From: Escherichia phage vB_EcoM-fFiEco06
Sequence record: NC_054914.1
Length of the DNA stretch: 64,000 bases
Reading direction: 5' to 3' (one strand)
The stretch's first letter is position 1. Each line of letters starts with the position of its first letter. Shown here in pieces: positions 36,857 to 47,811 of the stretch. The notes beneath the pieces are model-generated. The model saw only the letters and a list, made by a program, of their open reading frames with translations, searched no databases and was not told the origin of the DNA. The position numbers and the translations under genes were made by a program.

Positions 36857-36931
36857 TGGCGGACGTGATAGGATTCGAACCTATAACCAATCGCTTAACA
36901 GGCGATCGCTCTGCCATTGAGCTACACATCC
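36857..36931 (-). tRNA. tRNA-Asn (anticodon GUU)
   Basis: Acceptor GGATGTG/CACGTCC, anticodon stem ATCGC/GCGAT with loop CTGTTAA, T-loop TTCGAAT, CCA. Confidence 0.7.
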
Positions 36932-36935
36932 AAAT

Positions 36936-37022
36936 TGGTGGGGAGTGGTGGAGTCGAACCACCCGAGTCGCAATGACAATGAATTTACAGTCCACACCGC
37001 TACCTCTACGGGATAACTCCCC
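36936..37022 (-). tRNA. tRNA-Tyr (anticodon GUA), long variable arm
   Basis: 87 nt; acceptor GGGGAGT/ACTCCCC, anticodon loop CTGTAAA, T-arm GGTGGTTCGACTCCACC, CCA. Confidence 0.65.
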
Positions 37023-37031
37023 AAATTAATT

Positions 37032-37106
37032 TGGTGGCCCTGGGTGGAATTGAACCACCATCTGGCGATTATGAGTCGCTTGCTTGAACCTTCCAGCTAC
37101 AGGGCC
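37032..37106 (-). tRNA. tRNA-Ile/Met (anticodon CAU)
   Basis: Acceptor GGCCCTG/CAGGGCC, anticodon loop CTCATAA, CCA. Confidence 0.75.
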
Positions 37107-37107
37107 T

Positions 37108-37183
37108 TGGTGCTGATTGACGGAATCGAACCGCCGACCTTCTCATTACAAGTGAGTTGCTCTACCTACTGAGCTAAATCAGC
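37108..37183 (-). tRNA. tRNA-Thr (anticodon UGU)
   Basis: Acceptor GCTGATT/AATCAGC, anticodon loop CTTGTAA, T-arm GGTTCGATTCC, CCA. Confidence 0.8.
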
Positions 37184-37188
37184 AAAAC

Positions 37189-37278
37189 TGGCGGAGGCGA
37201 TAGGATTTGAACCTATGAGTCGCCGGAGCGACTGCCGGTTTTCAAGACCGGTGCATTAAACCACTCTGCCACGCCTCC
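37189..37278 (-). tRNA. tRNA-Ser (anticodon UGA), long variable arm
   Basis: 90 nt; acceptor GGAGGCG/CGCCTCC, anticodon loop CTTGAAA. Confidence 0.8.
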
Positions 37279-37280
37279 AG

Positions 37281-37354
37281 TCTCCGTGGCAGGATTTGAA
37301 CCTACGACATTCTGCTCCCAAAGCAGACGCTCTACCAAACTGAGCTACACGGAG
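37281..37354 (-). tRNA. tRNA-Pro (anticodon UGG), CCA not encoded
   Basis: Acceptor CTCCGTG/CACGGAG, anticodon loop TTTGGGA; separated from tRNA-Ser by 2 nt. Confidence 0.8.
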
Positions 37355-37364
37355 TAAATTAAAT

Positions 37365-37438
<74 letters not shown>

Positions 37439-37443
37439 AAATT

Positions 37444-37530
37444 TGGTGCGAGAAGTGGGACTCGAACCCACAAGGAAATCATTCCGCAGCATTTTAAGTG
37501 CTGTGCCTTTACCAATTTGGCCATTCTCGC
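37444..37530 (-). tRNA. tRNA-Leu (anticodon UAA), long variable arm
   Basis: 87 nt; matches T4 tRNA-Leu as recalled (GCGAGAATGGTCAAATTGG...). Confidence 0.85.
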
Positions 37531-37531
37531 G

Positions 37532-37604
37532 CTGGGAATAAAGGACTCGAACCTTTGCATCCTGGAATCAAAATCCAGTGCCTTACCAACTTGGCTAATT
37601 CCCA
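37532..37604 (-). tRNA. tRNA-Gln (anticodon UUG), CCA not encoded
   Basis: TGGGAATTAGCCAAGTTGGTAAGGCACTGGATTTTGATTCCAGG...; abuts tRNA-Leu with a 1-nt spacer. Confidence 0.85.
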
Positions 37605-37701
37605 ATTATTAACAAAGGCTCTTAAGCAAGAACCCTTGATGATAGAGGGTATTAATCAGTGCGATATGAGTTAATAATAACAAATAATTCTTAAAGCATA
37701 T

Positions 37702-37989
37702 TTACCATTTATAATAATACATATTTACGATGCATTCAAGACCCAAAGGATTCTTGAAAATATCATATTCAAGAGGACCTTTTTCTGTTTCAATAAAGAA
37801 ATCAAAATTTACTGTATTAAATTTACGTTCTTCCTTCACTAATTTAACTTGAGAAGATGAACGGTCAATGTAAACCTTTTCAACTTCAAAACATGTTAAA
37901 ATGCCATAATCATCAATCAAAGCTTTAGCCGCGTCTTGATCATATTTATATCCATTTTCAATGGATGATACTTTCGCATAAAGAATCAT
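37702..37989 (-). CDS. Hypothetical protein
   Basis: 95 aa. Confidence 0.4.
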   Translation of the reverse strand: MILYAKVSSIENGYKYDQDAAKALIDDYGILTCFEVEKVYIDRSSSQVKLVKEERKFNTVNFDFFIETEKGPLEYDIFKNPLGLECIVNMYYYKW

Positions 37990-37991
37990 TA

Positions 37992-38390
37992 TCAGCCTTC
38001 ATCAACAATAGTGTGAGTATTAGCATTTACGATTTGCCACCAATCAAAGCGATTAGAATCCATCGGTTTGTTTTCATTTTCTTTGATAATGTCACGGAGT
38101 TCATCTTCAGAGAATGCTTTAGCAATTAAATCGGTATACCCACCACGGGGATAATAATTATCACCTGCAAACAAAAGGAAATTTACCTTCCCGGAAGCAA
38201 CATATGCTTCCTTAGGATACTTGTTTCCTGCGTGGTCAACCACTTCAATATAACGGTAAGGAATATCGGTTCTTTCAACCCATTGCCATGCCGCCGCAGG
38301 GGAATCGAAAGCATCTACACCTAAACGATTATCTTCATCTTTAGACGGATTATTTTCGTAATCCGCATATACATAATATTCAACGTTCAT
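37992..38390 (-). CDS. Hypothetical protein
   Basis: 132 aa. Confidence 0.45.
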   Translation of the reverse strand: MNVEYYVYADYENNPSKDEDNRLGVDAFDSPAAAWQWVERTDIPYRYIEVVDHAGNKYPKEAYVASGKVNFLLFAGDNYYPRGGYTDLIAKAFSEDELRDIIKENENKPMDSNRFDWWQIVNANTHTIVDEG

Positions 38391-38575
38391 TATTCACCTT
38401 TAGAAATTTTATCCATAACAATAGCAATTAAACCAATTAAAAATGCTACTACAAGTGAAAAAACATTTTCTGCCGTAGTCAATAATCCGCATATAAATCC
38501 AACAAACATTGAAAAACTGAAAGCGGAAGCAGAAATTGCAATAGCAACATTTCGAATTAATTCACAACGTTTCAT
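38390..38575 (-). CDS. Small membrane protein
   Basis: 61 aa, two hydrophobic helices; own early promoter. Confidence 0.4.
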   Translation of the reverse strand: MKRCELIRNVAIAISASAFSFSMFVGFICGLLTTAENVFSLVVAFLIGLIAIVMDKISKGE

Positions 38576-38600
38576 TTTATTCTCCTCAGTAGTAGATAGG

Positions 38601-38633
38601 GTAATAGTATCACTACCCTATCTAAAAGTAAAC
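38601..38633 (-). promoter_or_regulatory. T4-type early promoter with 9-bp inverted repeat around the -10
   Basis: GATAGGGTA ... TACCCTATC flanks the -10 ATACTATTA. Confidence 0.55.
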
Positions 38634-38867
38634 TTATTTTTTACGAAAAATTGATTTATTTTCTGCTGCCCATTTTTCAATAACTGCAGCAGGACCAGTA
38701 ACAACAATTTTATCACCGTAATCTTCTGCGGCGAGTTGACCGAAATTATCTAATGCATCACGAAGAACTCCATGAGGCATTTCACCCATTTTATCTTTCT
38801 TGCCAGTGTAAATAAACTCAACTTTTACATCAGCAGTTTCAGCAATAAATTCTTGGTAAGTTTTCAT
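38634..38867 (-). CDS. Internal protein (ip-like) with canonical capsid-targeting sequence
   Basis: Start taken at the second Met: MKTYQEFIAE matches the T4 capsid-targeting sequence as recalled; own early promoter. Confidence 0.55.
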   Translation of the reverse strand: MKTYQEFIAETADVKVEFIYTGKKDKMGEMPHGVLRDALDNFGQLAAEDYGDKIVVTGPAAVIEKWAAENKSIFRKK

Positions 38868-38898
38868 TTTGATTTCCATTTGGTTTTGTTTTGATAGG

Positions 38899-38931
38899 GT
38901 AATAGTATCACAACTAAAACCCTATGTAAAC
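38899..38931 (-). promoter_or_regulatory. T4-type early promoter with inverted repeat around the -10
   Basis: ATAGGGT ... ACCCTAT flanks the -10; drives the ip-like gene at 38634-38867. Confidence 0.55.
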
Positions 38932-38943
38932 AACTTTGTGAAA

Positions 38944-39201
38944 TTATTTTAAATCTTCTAATCGTTTCTTCATCTTAGAGCCATTTTTAGCAATTTCTCC
39001 TGCATCGGAGCATAATGCTAAAAGTGCTTTAACTTTAGTTTGGTCTCCTTTAAAAGATGAAGGATCGACCGCAGCAGCAAGTTCTTTAATACGAGAGAAA
39101 AGACGCTCAGCTTCAGCTAAAGCCATTCCAAGCTTTACTTCCATACCGTGGGAAGATTCAGTGATAGTAGTTTTTGTAGCAAACTCTTTGAAAGTTTTCA
39201 T
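38944..39201 (-). CDS. Internal protein (ip-like) with capsid-targeting-like N-terminus
   Basis: 85 aa; MKTFKEFATKTTITE with an I-x-E cleavage-type motif; own early promoter. Confidence 0.5.
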   Translation of the reverse strand: MKTFKEFATKTTITESSHGMEVKLGMALAEAERLFSRIKELAAAVDPSSFKGDQTKVKALLALCSDAGEIAKNGSKMKKRLEDLK

Positions 39202-39229
39202 TTTTATTTTCCTAATTAATTTTGATGAG

Positions 39230-39262
39230 GTAATAGTATCACTACCTCATCAGTATGTAAAC
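39230..39262 (-). promoter_or_regulatory. T4-type early promoter with 9-bp inverted repeat around the -10
   Basis: GATGAGGTA ... TACCTCATC flanks the -10; compensatory changes relative to 38601-38633. Confidence 0.55.
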
Positions 39263-39274
39263 AACTTTGTGAAA

Positions 39275-39959
<685 letters not shown>

Positions 39960-39960
<1 letters not shown>

Positions 39961-40685
39961 TATAGTACCTTTAGTGTATTTTTAATTTTAGAAAAAAGTT
40001 CTTCAAGAGAACCATCGTTTGTAATTACTAAATCGCCATCACGAATTGGCAATCCAGCTTCTGTAATATGTGTATCATTGGATTTTTGACCAGGACGAAC
40101 TACATGAATTACTGTAGCACCCATCGCCCTAGCCGCATCCATTTCATGATCTTGACGGGTATCAGGAACGATATAATAATCATAACCTGAGTTAAATTTA
40201 TCAAGATAATCTAAAGCAAATAATTTTACCCAGTACATGCGGTCGAAGTTATTAACAATCAAATCCGTACCTAGGGCTTGCATCAGACGACGGACTGACC
40301 ATTGATCTTCAATATTATTTATAACGTCAATAATCTTGTTAAATGCTACGGAATTAACTGATTCTTGTCCTTCGTCATCAAAAACAAACACACCTTTAAT
40401 TGGGCTTTTACCATTAAGATAGCAAAATGCTTGTTCCATAATCGTGATTACTTCTAATTTAGTTAGATTTAAATTAGTCTCACGATCATAGTCAATTCCT
40501 TCAAACTCTTTACGAGTTAAGCAAGGATAGTCGGTATTTGCAGCAAATACTCCCCATGCATAAGCCAATGCATCCTTAATAGGACCAGCAAGTTGGTATT
40601 TAACTGCAGAATAATTGCTCATGATAAAATCAGCAGTAGTATCTTTTCCACTACGCTTTACACCGCTTAAAAAGATTAGTTTCAT
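39960..40685 (-). CDS. 1: Deoxynucleoside monophosphate kinase gp1
   Basis: 241 aa; P-loop GVKRSGKDT. Confidence 0.92.
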
Positions 40686-40734
40686 ATGTTTCTCCTCAAA
40701 TTTAGTTAAGATTATAACACATGAAACTGAAGCA

Positions 40735-41265
40735 TTAAACTTCCGCTATAATTTTTCCATCTTTTTCTACTTGAAAATACGTATAAGGAATCGTTGCTGT
40801 ACATACTAAAGCCGGGTCTGAATCTTCTGTGTAGCTAAATTCTACTTCAGATAGGTCAGAAACCCAAGGCTTATAAAAATTTATTGACATCACGATTTCA
40901 GTTTTGCTATTATCTAAAATGTAAAGCGTAATGTATTCAGGACCTGTTTTTTGGGCAGTATTTTCACCTGTAAGATAGTTGCTAGTTCCTAGCATCCATT
41001 CATACATTCCTATCCATGACTTAAGTTCTTCATCAACTATAAATCTCACGATGAGTGGATCGTACTCAAATGTAGCACCTGGACGTTGTGCTCGGCCCAG
41101 TCCAAACGGCCCAGTCACGGTATCAGTAACAGGTATTCTAATTCCTGGAATAGGAACTGACTGAGCATTTAAAGTAAAAGCAGATGTAGTATTACTATGT
41201 GGTATTGATACTACAAAGTTAGTTGTATTTGCTTGGTTAAAAATTTGTTGCAGTGCTTGCGACAT
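40735..41265 (-). CDS. 3: Tail completion / sheath stabiliser gp3
   Basis: Position between genes 1 and 2; an internal Met gives 176 aa (the ORF track extends to 41346). Confidence 0.65.
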   Translation of the reverse strand: MSQALQQIFNQANTTNFVVSIPHSNTTSAFTLNAQSVPIPGIRIPVTDTVTGPFGLGRAQRPGATFEYDPLIVRFIVDEELKSWIGMYEWMLGTSNYLTGENTAQKTGPEYITLYILDNSKTEIVMSINFYKPWVSDLSEVEFSYTEDSDPALVCTATIPYTYFQVEKDGKIIAEV

Positions 41266-41371
41266 ATATTCCTCATAATGCTTTATAACTGTTGGTGGTA
41301 TAATGGGTCTAAGTCCCTTCCATTCAATTCCATTTAGAACAAACAACAGAAAAGAATGGAAGATAATAGAA

Positions 41372-42196
41372 TTAGATATTTGACCAGACTTTGTTTGCAG
41401 AGAAACGTTTTCCTTTTGAAACGAACTGCTGAAGTGGCATTAACACAACGTTCGCCCAGTCTTTCGGGGCGATTTCAACAAGGCTACCCATAATATTACC
41501 AGGTATATATGCCTTAATCATTTGGTCTGCACCCCTAAATCCTTTCACTTGACTCCAATCAATTTTTAATTTCGTTTTATTAGTAATAGTAGGTGTATTT
41601 GCATATTGCTTTAAAAGCTCTTCTAGAAACTGTTGACGAGCTTTAGGTGGAATATAGTGCAAGTTCAATCCGTACATTAAATTATGCTTACCTAAACCAA
41701 GGTAAATTATCAAAGGAAATTTATCCCAGTAAGGAAGAGTTTCCTTGTGTTTAGCATCATAAGCAAAAGCATATATTCGTCCCGGCTGCGGGCGAACAAC
41801 TTTATGTCCTTTTACTTGCTTAATAGTTTCAGCAAACCACTTTCTGGTTTTATTATTAATTGCTGCGCCTTCATTACGAATTTTATCGCGCAATGTTTGT
41901 CTGAATGAATTTATCATAAGCAGTTGTCTTTCTTGCTTATTGAGTTTATTCATTGGTTTTGATTCAAGCTTTTGAATCTTTTCAGCCGTTTTAATTCCTG
42001 AAGCATATTTTGACATTGCTGAAGTAAACGTAGAGTATTTGATTCCTCTTTCTTCAGCAAATTGCTTTCCTGTCATTCCTTTTGCTTTGGCCTTTTTATA
42101 TTCAAGACCTATCTGAATCCATTTCTTTTCGTTTAATGATTGCTTAACCTTTGGAACTTGGGGAGTGCTTTCATTAATTATTTGAAAAATAGCCAT
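41372..42196 (-). CDS. 2: DNA end protector gp2
   Basis: 274 aa, basic; synteny. Confidence 0.8.
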
Positions 42197-42648
42197 TATG
42201 CCCCCTTAAAGCCAAGAGCTCGTAATCCATCTTCTGTCAGAATTCTAAATTTTATTCCACGCTTTTCAGCTAAAGCTTGCGCTGCTTTCCATTTGTCGGT
42301 ATTAACAGAATATGTATAAATTTCATTCATAAATCTTTTCTTCGCTGCGGTTGTTAGATGTGCTGGTTTAACTGGTGGTTGTGTTTCTTTTTTAGGTTTT
42401 ATTTCAATAAAAAATTCTTGTCCAGAAGAATCTTTCATCCAAATATCCATGAAGTATCTACGTTTTTTCCCTTCTGCATTACAAAAATAAGGAATTACTG
42501 CTGTTTCACTACCCCATGCAATAATTTCTGGATTTTTATCTAACCATTCAAAAAAGAATTTTTCCCAATTTGATCTATACGTAATTTTTTTAGGGTCACC
42601 TCTATACTTTGATATATTTTTAGGAACCCATTTTCCAGAATATGCCAT
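42196..42648 (-). CDS. 4: Head completion protein gp4
   Basis: 150 aa; synteny. Confidence 0.8.
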
Positions 42649-42659
42649 TGGATTCTCCT

Positions 42660-42667
42660 TATAAATA
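42660..42667 (+). promoter_or_regulatory. Late promoter TATAAATA for gene 53
   Basis: Plus strand TATAAATA about 29 nt upstream of the gene 53 ATG. Confidence 0.65.
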
Positions 42668-42674
42668 GATAATA

Positions 42675-42682
42675 TATTTATA
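42675..42682 (-). promoter_or_regulatory. Late promoter TATAAATA for gene 4 (overlapping, divergent)
   Basis: Plus-strand TATTTATA reads TATAAATA on the minus strand, upstream of the gene 4 start at 42648. Confidence 0.5.
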
Positions 42683-42695
42683 AACAGGAGGGCCC

Positions 42696-43286
42696 ATGCT
42701 CTTTACATTTTTTGATCCGATTGAATATGCGGCCAAAACGGTGAATAAAAACGCGCCGACTATTCCTATGACAGATATTTTTAGAAACTATAAAGACTAT
42801 TTTAAACGCGCTCTTGCGGGATACCGCTTACGTACTTATTATATCAAAGGTTCACCACGCCCGGAAGAATTAGCAAATACTATATATGGAAATCCACAGT
42901 TGTATTGGGTTTTATTGATGTGTAATGATAATTATGACCCGTATTATGGATGGATTACTTCACAAGAAGCAGCTTATCAAGCATCTATACAAAAATACAA
43001 AAATGTAGGTGGAGACCAAATAGTATATCATGTGAATGAGAACGGTGAAAAATTTTATAATTTAATATCATACGATGATAATCCATATGTTTGGTATGAT
43101 AAAGGTGATAAAGCTAGAAAATATCCTCAATATGAAGGAGCACTTGCTGCTGTTAATACGTATGAAGATGCTGTTCTTGAAAATGAAAAACTTCGTCAAA
43201 TAAAAATAATAGCAAAATCAGACATTAATTCATTTATGAACGACCTTATACGTATAATGGAGAAATCTTATGGAAATGATAAGTAA
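42696..43286 (+). CDS. 53: Baseplate wedge protein gp53
   Basis: 196 aa; first plus-strand late gene; TATAAATA late promoter upstream. Confidence 0.85.
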   Translation: MLFTFFDPIEYAAKTVNKNAPTIPMTDIFRNYKDYFKRALAGYRLRTYYIKGSPRPEELANTIYGNPQLYWVLLMCNDNYDPYYGWITSQEAAYQASIQKYKNVGGDQIVYHVNENGEKFYNLISYDDNPYVWYDKGDKARKYPQYEGALAAVNTYEDAVLENEKLRQIKIIAKSDINSFMNDLIRIMEKSYGNDK

Positions 43287-44997
43287 TAACCTTAATTGGT
43301 TTGTTGGTGTTGTTGAAGATAGAATGGACCCATTAAAATTAGGTCGTGTTCGTGTTCGTGTGGTTGGTCTGCATCCACCTCAAAGAGCACAAGGCGATGT
43401 AATGGGTATTCCAACTGAAAAATTACCATGGATGTCAGTTATTCAACCTATAACTTCTGCAGCAATGTCTGGAATTGGAGGTTCTGTTACTGGACCGGTA
43501 GAAGGAACTAGAGTTTATGGTCATTTTTTAGACAAATGGAAAACTAACGGAATTGTCCTTGGCACGTATGGTGGAATAGTTCGCGAAAAACCGAATAGAC
43601 TTGAAGGATTTTCTGACCCAACTGGGCAATATCCTAGACGTTTAGGAAATGATACTAATGTATTAAACCAAGGCGGAGAAGTAGGATATGATTCGTCTTC
43701 TAACATTATCCAAGATAGTAACTTAGACACTGCAATAAATCCCGATGATAGACCACTATCAGAGATTCCAACCGATGATAATCCAAATATGTCAATGGCT
43801 GACATGCTTCGCCGTGATGAAGGATTAAGACTAAAAGTTTATTGGGATACTGAAGGATATCCGACAATTGGTATTGGTCATCTTATCATGAAGCAGCCAG
43901 TTCGTGATATGGCTCAAATTAATAAAGTTTTATCAAAACAAGTTGGTCGTGAAATTACTGGAAACCCAGGTTCTATTACGATGGAAGAGGCGACGACTTT
44001 ATTTGAACGTGATTTGGCTGATATGCAACGGGACATTAAATCACATTCTAAAGTAGGACCAGTCTGGCAAGCTGTCAACCGTTCTCGTCAAATGGCGTTA
44101 GAAAATATGGCATTTCAAATGGGTGTTGGCGGTGTAGCTAAATTTAACACAATGTTAACTGCTATGTTAGCCGGAGATTGGGAAAAAGCATATAAAGCCG
44201 GTCGTGATTCATTGTGGTATCAACAAACAAAAGGCCGTGCATCCCGTGTTACCATGATTATTCTTACGGGGAATTTGGAATCATATGGTGTTGAAGTGAA
44301 AACCCCAGCTAGGTCTCTATCAGCAATGGCTGCTACTGTAGCTAAATCTTCTGACCCGGCTGACCCTCCTATTCCAAATGACTCGAGAATTTTATTCAAA
44401 GAACCAGTTTCTTCATATAAAGGTGAATATCCTTATGTGCATACAATGGAAACTGAAAGCGGACATATTCAGGAATTTGATGATACTCCTGGGCAAGAAC
44501 GATACAGATTAGTTCATCCGACTGGAACTTATGAAGAAGTATCACCGTCAGGAAGAAGAACAAGAAAAACTGTCGATAATTTGTATGATATAACCAACGC
44601 TGATGGTAATTTTTTGGTAGCCGGTGATAAAAAGACTAACGTCGGTGGATCAGAAATTTATTACAACATGGATAATCGTCTTCACCAAATAGATGGAAGC
44701 AATACAATATTTGTACGTGGCGATGAAACTAAGACAGTTGAAGGCAATGGAACTATCCTAGTTAAAGGTAATGTTACTATTGTAGTTGAAGGTAATGCTG
44801 ACATTACAGTTAAAGGAGATGCTACCACTTTAGTTGAAGGAAATCAAACTAACACAGTAAATGGAAATCTTTCTTGGAAAGTTGCTGGGACAGTTGATTG
44901 GGACGTTGGTGGTGATTGGACAGAAAAAATGGCATCTATGAGTTCTATTTCATCTGGTCAATACACAATTGATGGATCGAGGATTGACATTGGCTAA
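43270..44997 (+). CDS. 5: Baseplate hub and tail lysozyme gp5
   Basis: 575 aa; lysozyme domain (DMLRRDEGLRLKVYWDTEGYPTIGIGHLI) and C-terminal VxG beta-helix repeats. Confidence 0.92.
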   Translation: MEMISNNLNWFVGVVEDRMDPLKLGRVRVRVVGLHPPQRAQGDVMGIPTEKLPWMSVIQPITSAAMSGIGGSVTGPVEGTRVYGHFLDKWKTNGIVLGTYGGIVREKPNRLEGFSDPTGQYPRRLGNDTNVLNQGGEVGYDSSSNIIQDSNLDTAINPDDRPLSEIPTDDNPNMSMADMLRRDEGLRLKVYWDTEGYPTIGIGHLIMKQPVRDMAQINKVLSKQVGREITGNPGSITMEEATTLFERDLADMQRDIKSHSKVGPVWQAVNRSRQMALENMAFQMGVGGVAKFNTMLTAMLAGDWEKAYKAGRDSLWYQQTKGRASRVTMIILTGNLESYGVEVKTPARSLSAMAATVAKSSDPADPPIPNDSRILFKEPVSSYKGEYPYVHTMETESGHIQEFDDTPGQERYRLVHPTGTYEEVSPSGRRTRKTVDNLYDITNADGNFLVAGDKKTNVGGSEIYYNMDNRLHQIDGSNTIFVRGDETKTVEGNGTILVKGNVTIVVEGNADITVKGDATTLVEGNQTNTVNGNLSWKVAGTVDWDVGGDWTEKMASMSSISSGQYTIDGSRIDIG

Positions 44998-45526
44998 TAT
45001 ACTTCCAATGAGCGCTGATTTAGGAGAATCCATGGAAGGTTCTTCTATCGACGTCACCTTTACCGCTCAATTAGAAACAGGTGAAACGTTAGTATCTATA
45101 AATATAACTAGTTACGAAGAAACTCCTGGGGTTTTAGTAGAAGAAAATCGCTTATACGGAACATATGAATCTGTGTTTGGATTTGGAAATGACGCGTTGA
45201 AATATCGTTTAGGCGATGAATTTAAAACTGCTGCTTCATGGGAAGAACTTCCTACTGATTCTGATACTCAGTTGTATTTATGGAAAGCTCCTCAAAACCT
45301 CCAGAAGACATTCACTTACGAAGTAACATTAATATATGACTACCAAGAACAAAGTGAATCTGGAGGTTCTGGCAGTAATTCTAGGTCATCTTCTGATACT
45401 ACTGAACCGACAGATCCTCCTGCTCCAGTAAGAAAAACTCTCGTTAAAAATTATACTAAAACTATAGTTGGAAATTGGAGTCGTTGGGCTAATAAATTAA
45501 GAAGCTATGTGTATGAGAGGTCATAG
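44969..45526 (+). CDS. 5.1: Hypothetical late protein (5.1 position)
   Basis: 185 aa between genes 5 and 5.4. Confidence 0.5.
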
Positions 45527-45820
45527 ATGTCAGGATTAAGTTATGATAAATGTGTTACTGCTGGTCATGAAGCATGGCCTCCAACAGTTGTGAATGCTAC
45601 ACAAAGTAAAGTATTCACTGGAGGAATTGCTGTTCTCGTAGCAGGTGATCCAATTACAGAACATACAGAAATTAAAAAGCCATATGAAACACATGGCGGA
45701 GTGACACAACCCAGAACTTCTAAGGTATATGTCACTGGAAAGAAAGCTGTTCAAATGGCTGATCCAATATCATGCGGTGATACTGTGGCTCAGGCATCAT
45801 CTAAAGTATTCATTAAATAG
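45527..45820 (+). CDS. 5.4: PAAR-repeat spike tip protein gp5.4
   Basis: 97 aa; position after gene 5. Confidence 0.8.
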
Positions 45821-45828
45821 GATTTAAA

Positions 45829-47811
45829 ATGGCAAATACCCCTGTAAATTATCAATTAACAAGAACAGCAAATGCTATTCCCGAGATATTCGTCGGGGGT
45901 ACGTTTGCTGAAATAAAACAAAACCTCATTGAATGGCTTAATGGCCAAAATGAATTTTTGGATTATGATTTTGAAGGCTCAAGATTAAACGTTCTGTGTG
46001 ACCTTTTAGCTTATAATACATTGTACATTCAACAGTTTGGTAATGCTGCTGTGTATGAAAGCTTTATGCGTACTGCTAACTTACGAAGTTCAGTTGTTCA
46101 AGCTGCACAAGATAACGGATATTTACCTACTTCAAAATCCGCTGCGCAGACCGAAATTATGTTAACATGCACCGACGCATTGAATAGGAATTACATTACT
46201 ATTCCTCGCGGAACTCGCTTTTTAGCATATGCAAAAGATACTTCTGTTAATCCATATAACTTCGTTTCTACCGAAGACGTTATTGCTATTCGTGATAAAA
46301 ATAACCAATATTTTCCGCGTTTAAAATTGGCCCAGGGACGTATAGTAAGAACTGAAATCATTTATGATAAATTAACACCTATTATCATTTATGATAAAAA
46401 TATTGATAGAAACCAGGTTAAATTATACGTTGATGGAGCAGAATGGATTAACTGGACAAGAAAGTCAATGGTTCATGCTGGTTCTACATCGACAATTTAC
46501 TACATGCGTGAAACTATTGATGGAAATACTGAATTCTATTTTGGTGAAGGTGAAATTTCTGTTAATGCTTCTGAAGGAGCTTTGACCGCTAATTATATCG
46601 GAGGTCTTAAACCTACTCAGAACTCTACGATTGTTATTGAGTACATCAGTACTAATGGTGCTGACGCGAACGGAGCAGTCGGATTTTCATACGCAGATAC
46701 ATTAACAAATATAACTGTCATCAATATTAATGAAAATCCAAACGATGACCCAGATTTTGTTGGGGCAGATGGCGGCGGTGATCCAGAAGATATTGAGCGT
46801 ATCCGCGAATTGGGTACTATTAAACGCGAAACCCAGCAACGCTGCGTAACTGCGACTGACTATGATACATTCGTTTCAGAGAGATTTGGTTCTATTATTC
46901 AAGCAGTTCAGACTTTCACTGATTCTACTAAACCTGGTTATGCATTTATTGCTGCTAAACCTAAATCAGGTCTGTATTTAACTACTGTACAGCGTGAAGA
47001 TATTAAAAATTATCTCAAAGACTATAATTTAGCTCCTATTACGCCATCAATTATTTCTCCTAATTATCTTTTTATTAAGACTAATTTAAAAGTCACATAT
47101 GCTTTAAATAAGCTGCAAGAATCCGAACAGTGGCTCGAAGGTCAAATAATTGATAAAATTGATCGTTATTATACCGAAGACGTAGAAATTTTTAATTCAT
47201 CTTTCGCTAAATCTAAGATGTTGACATATGTAGATGATGCAGATCATTCTATCATTGGCTCATCAGCGACAATTCAAATTGTTCGTGAAGTACAAAACTT
47301 CTATAAAACGCCTGAAGCAGGTATTAAATACAATAATCAAATAAAAGATCGTTCTATGGAATCTAATACGTTTTCATTTAATTCTGGACGAAAGGTTGTA
47401 AATCCTGATACTGGTTTAGAAGAAGATGTATTATATGACGTTCGCATAGTATCAACAGACCGAGATTCTAAAGGAATTGGTAAAGTTATTATTGGTCCAT
47501 TTGCTTCTGGCGATGTTACAGAAAATGAAAACATTCAGCCATATACAGGCAACGATTTTAACAAATTAGCAAATTCTGATGGACGCGACAAATACTATGT
47601 TATCGGTGAAATAAATTATCCAGCTGATGTGATTTATTGGAATATCGCTAAAATTAATTTAACATCTGAAAAATTTGAAGTTCAGACCATCGAATTATAT
47701 TCTGACCCAACCGATGATGTTATCTTTACTCGCGACGGTTCACTGATTGTATTTGAAAATGACTTACGTCCACAATACTTAACTATCGATTTGGAGCCTA
47801 TATCACAATGA
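45829..47811 (+). CDS. 6: Baseplate wedge protein gp6
   Basis: 660 aa; synteny. Confidence 0.88.
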   Translation: MANTPVNYQLTRTANAIPEIFVGGTFAEIKQNLIEWLNGQNEFLDYDFEGSRLNVLCDLLAYNTLYIQQFGNAAVYESFMRTANLRSSVVQAAQDNGYLPTSKSAAQTEIMLTCTDALNRNYITIPRGTRFLAYAKDTSVNPYNFVSTEDVIAIRDKNNQYFPRLKLAQGRIVRTEIIYDKLTPIIIYDKNIDRNQVKLYVDGAEWINWTRKSMVHAGSTSTIYYMRETIDGNTEFYFGEGEISVNASEGALTANYIGGLKPTQNSTIVIEYISTNGADANGAVGFSYADTLTNITVININENPNDDPDFVGADGGGDPEDIERIRELGTIKRETQQRCVTATDYDTFVSERFGSIIQAVQTFTDSTKPGYAFIAAKPKSGLYLTTVQREDIKNYLKDYNLAPITPSIISPNYLFIKTNLKVTYALNKLQESEQWLEGQIIDKIDRYYTEDVEIFNSSFAKSKMLTYVDDADHSIIGSSATIQIVREVQNFYKTPEAGIKYNNQIKDRSMESNTFSFNSGRKVVNPDTGLEEDVLYDVRIVSTDRDSKGIGKVIIGPFASGDVTENENIQPYTGNDFNKLANSDGRDKYYVIGEINYPADVIYWNIAKINLTSEKFEVQTIELYSDPTDDVIFTRDGSLIVFENDLRPQYLTIDLEPISQ

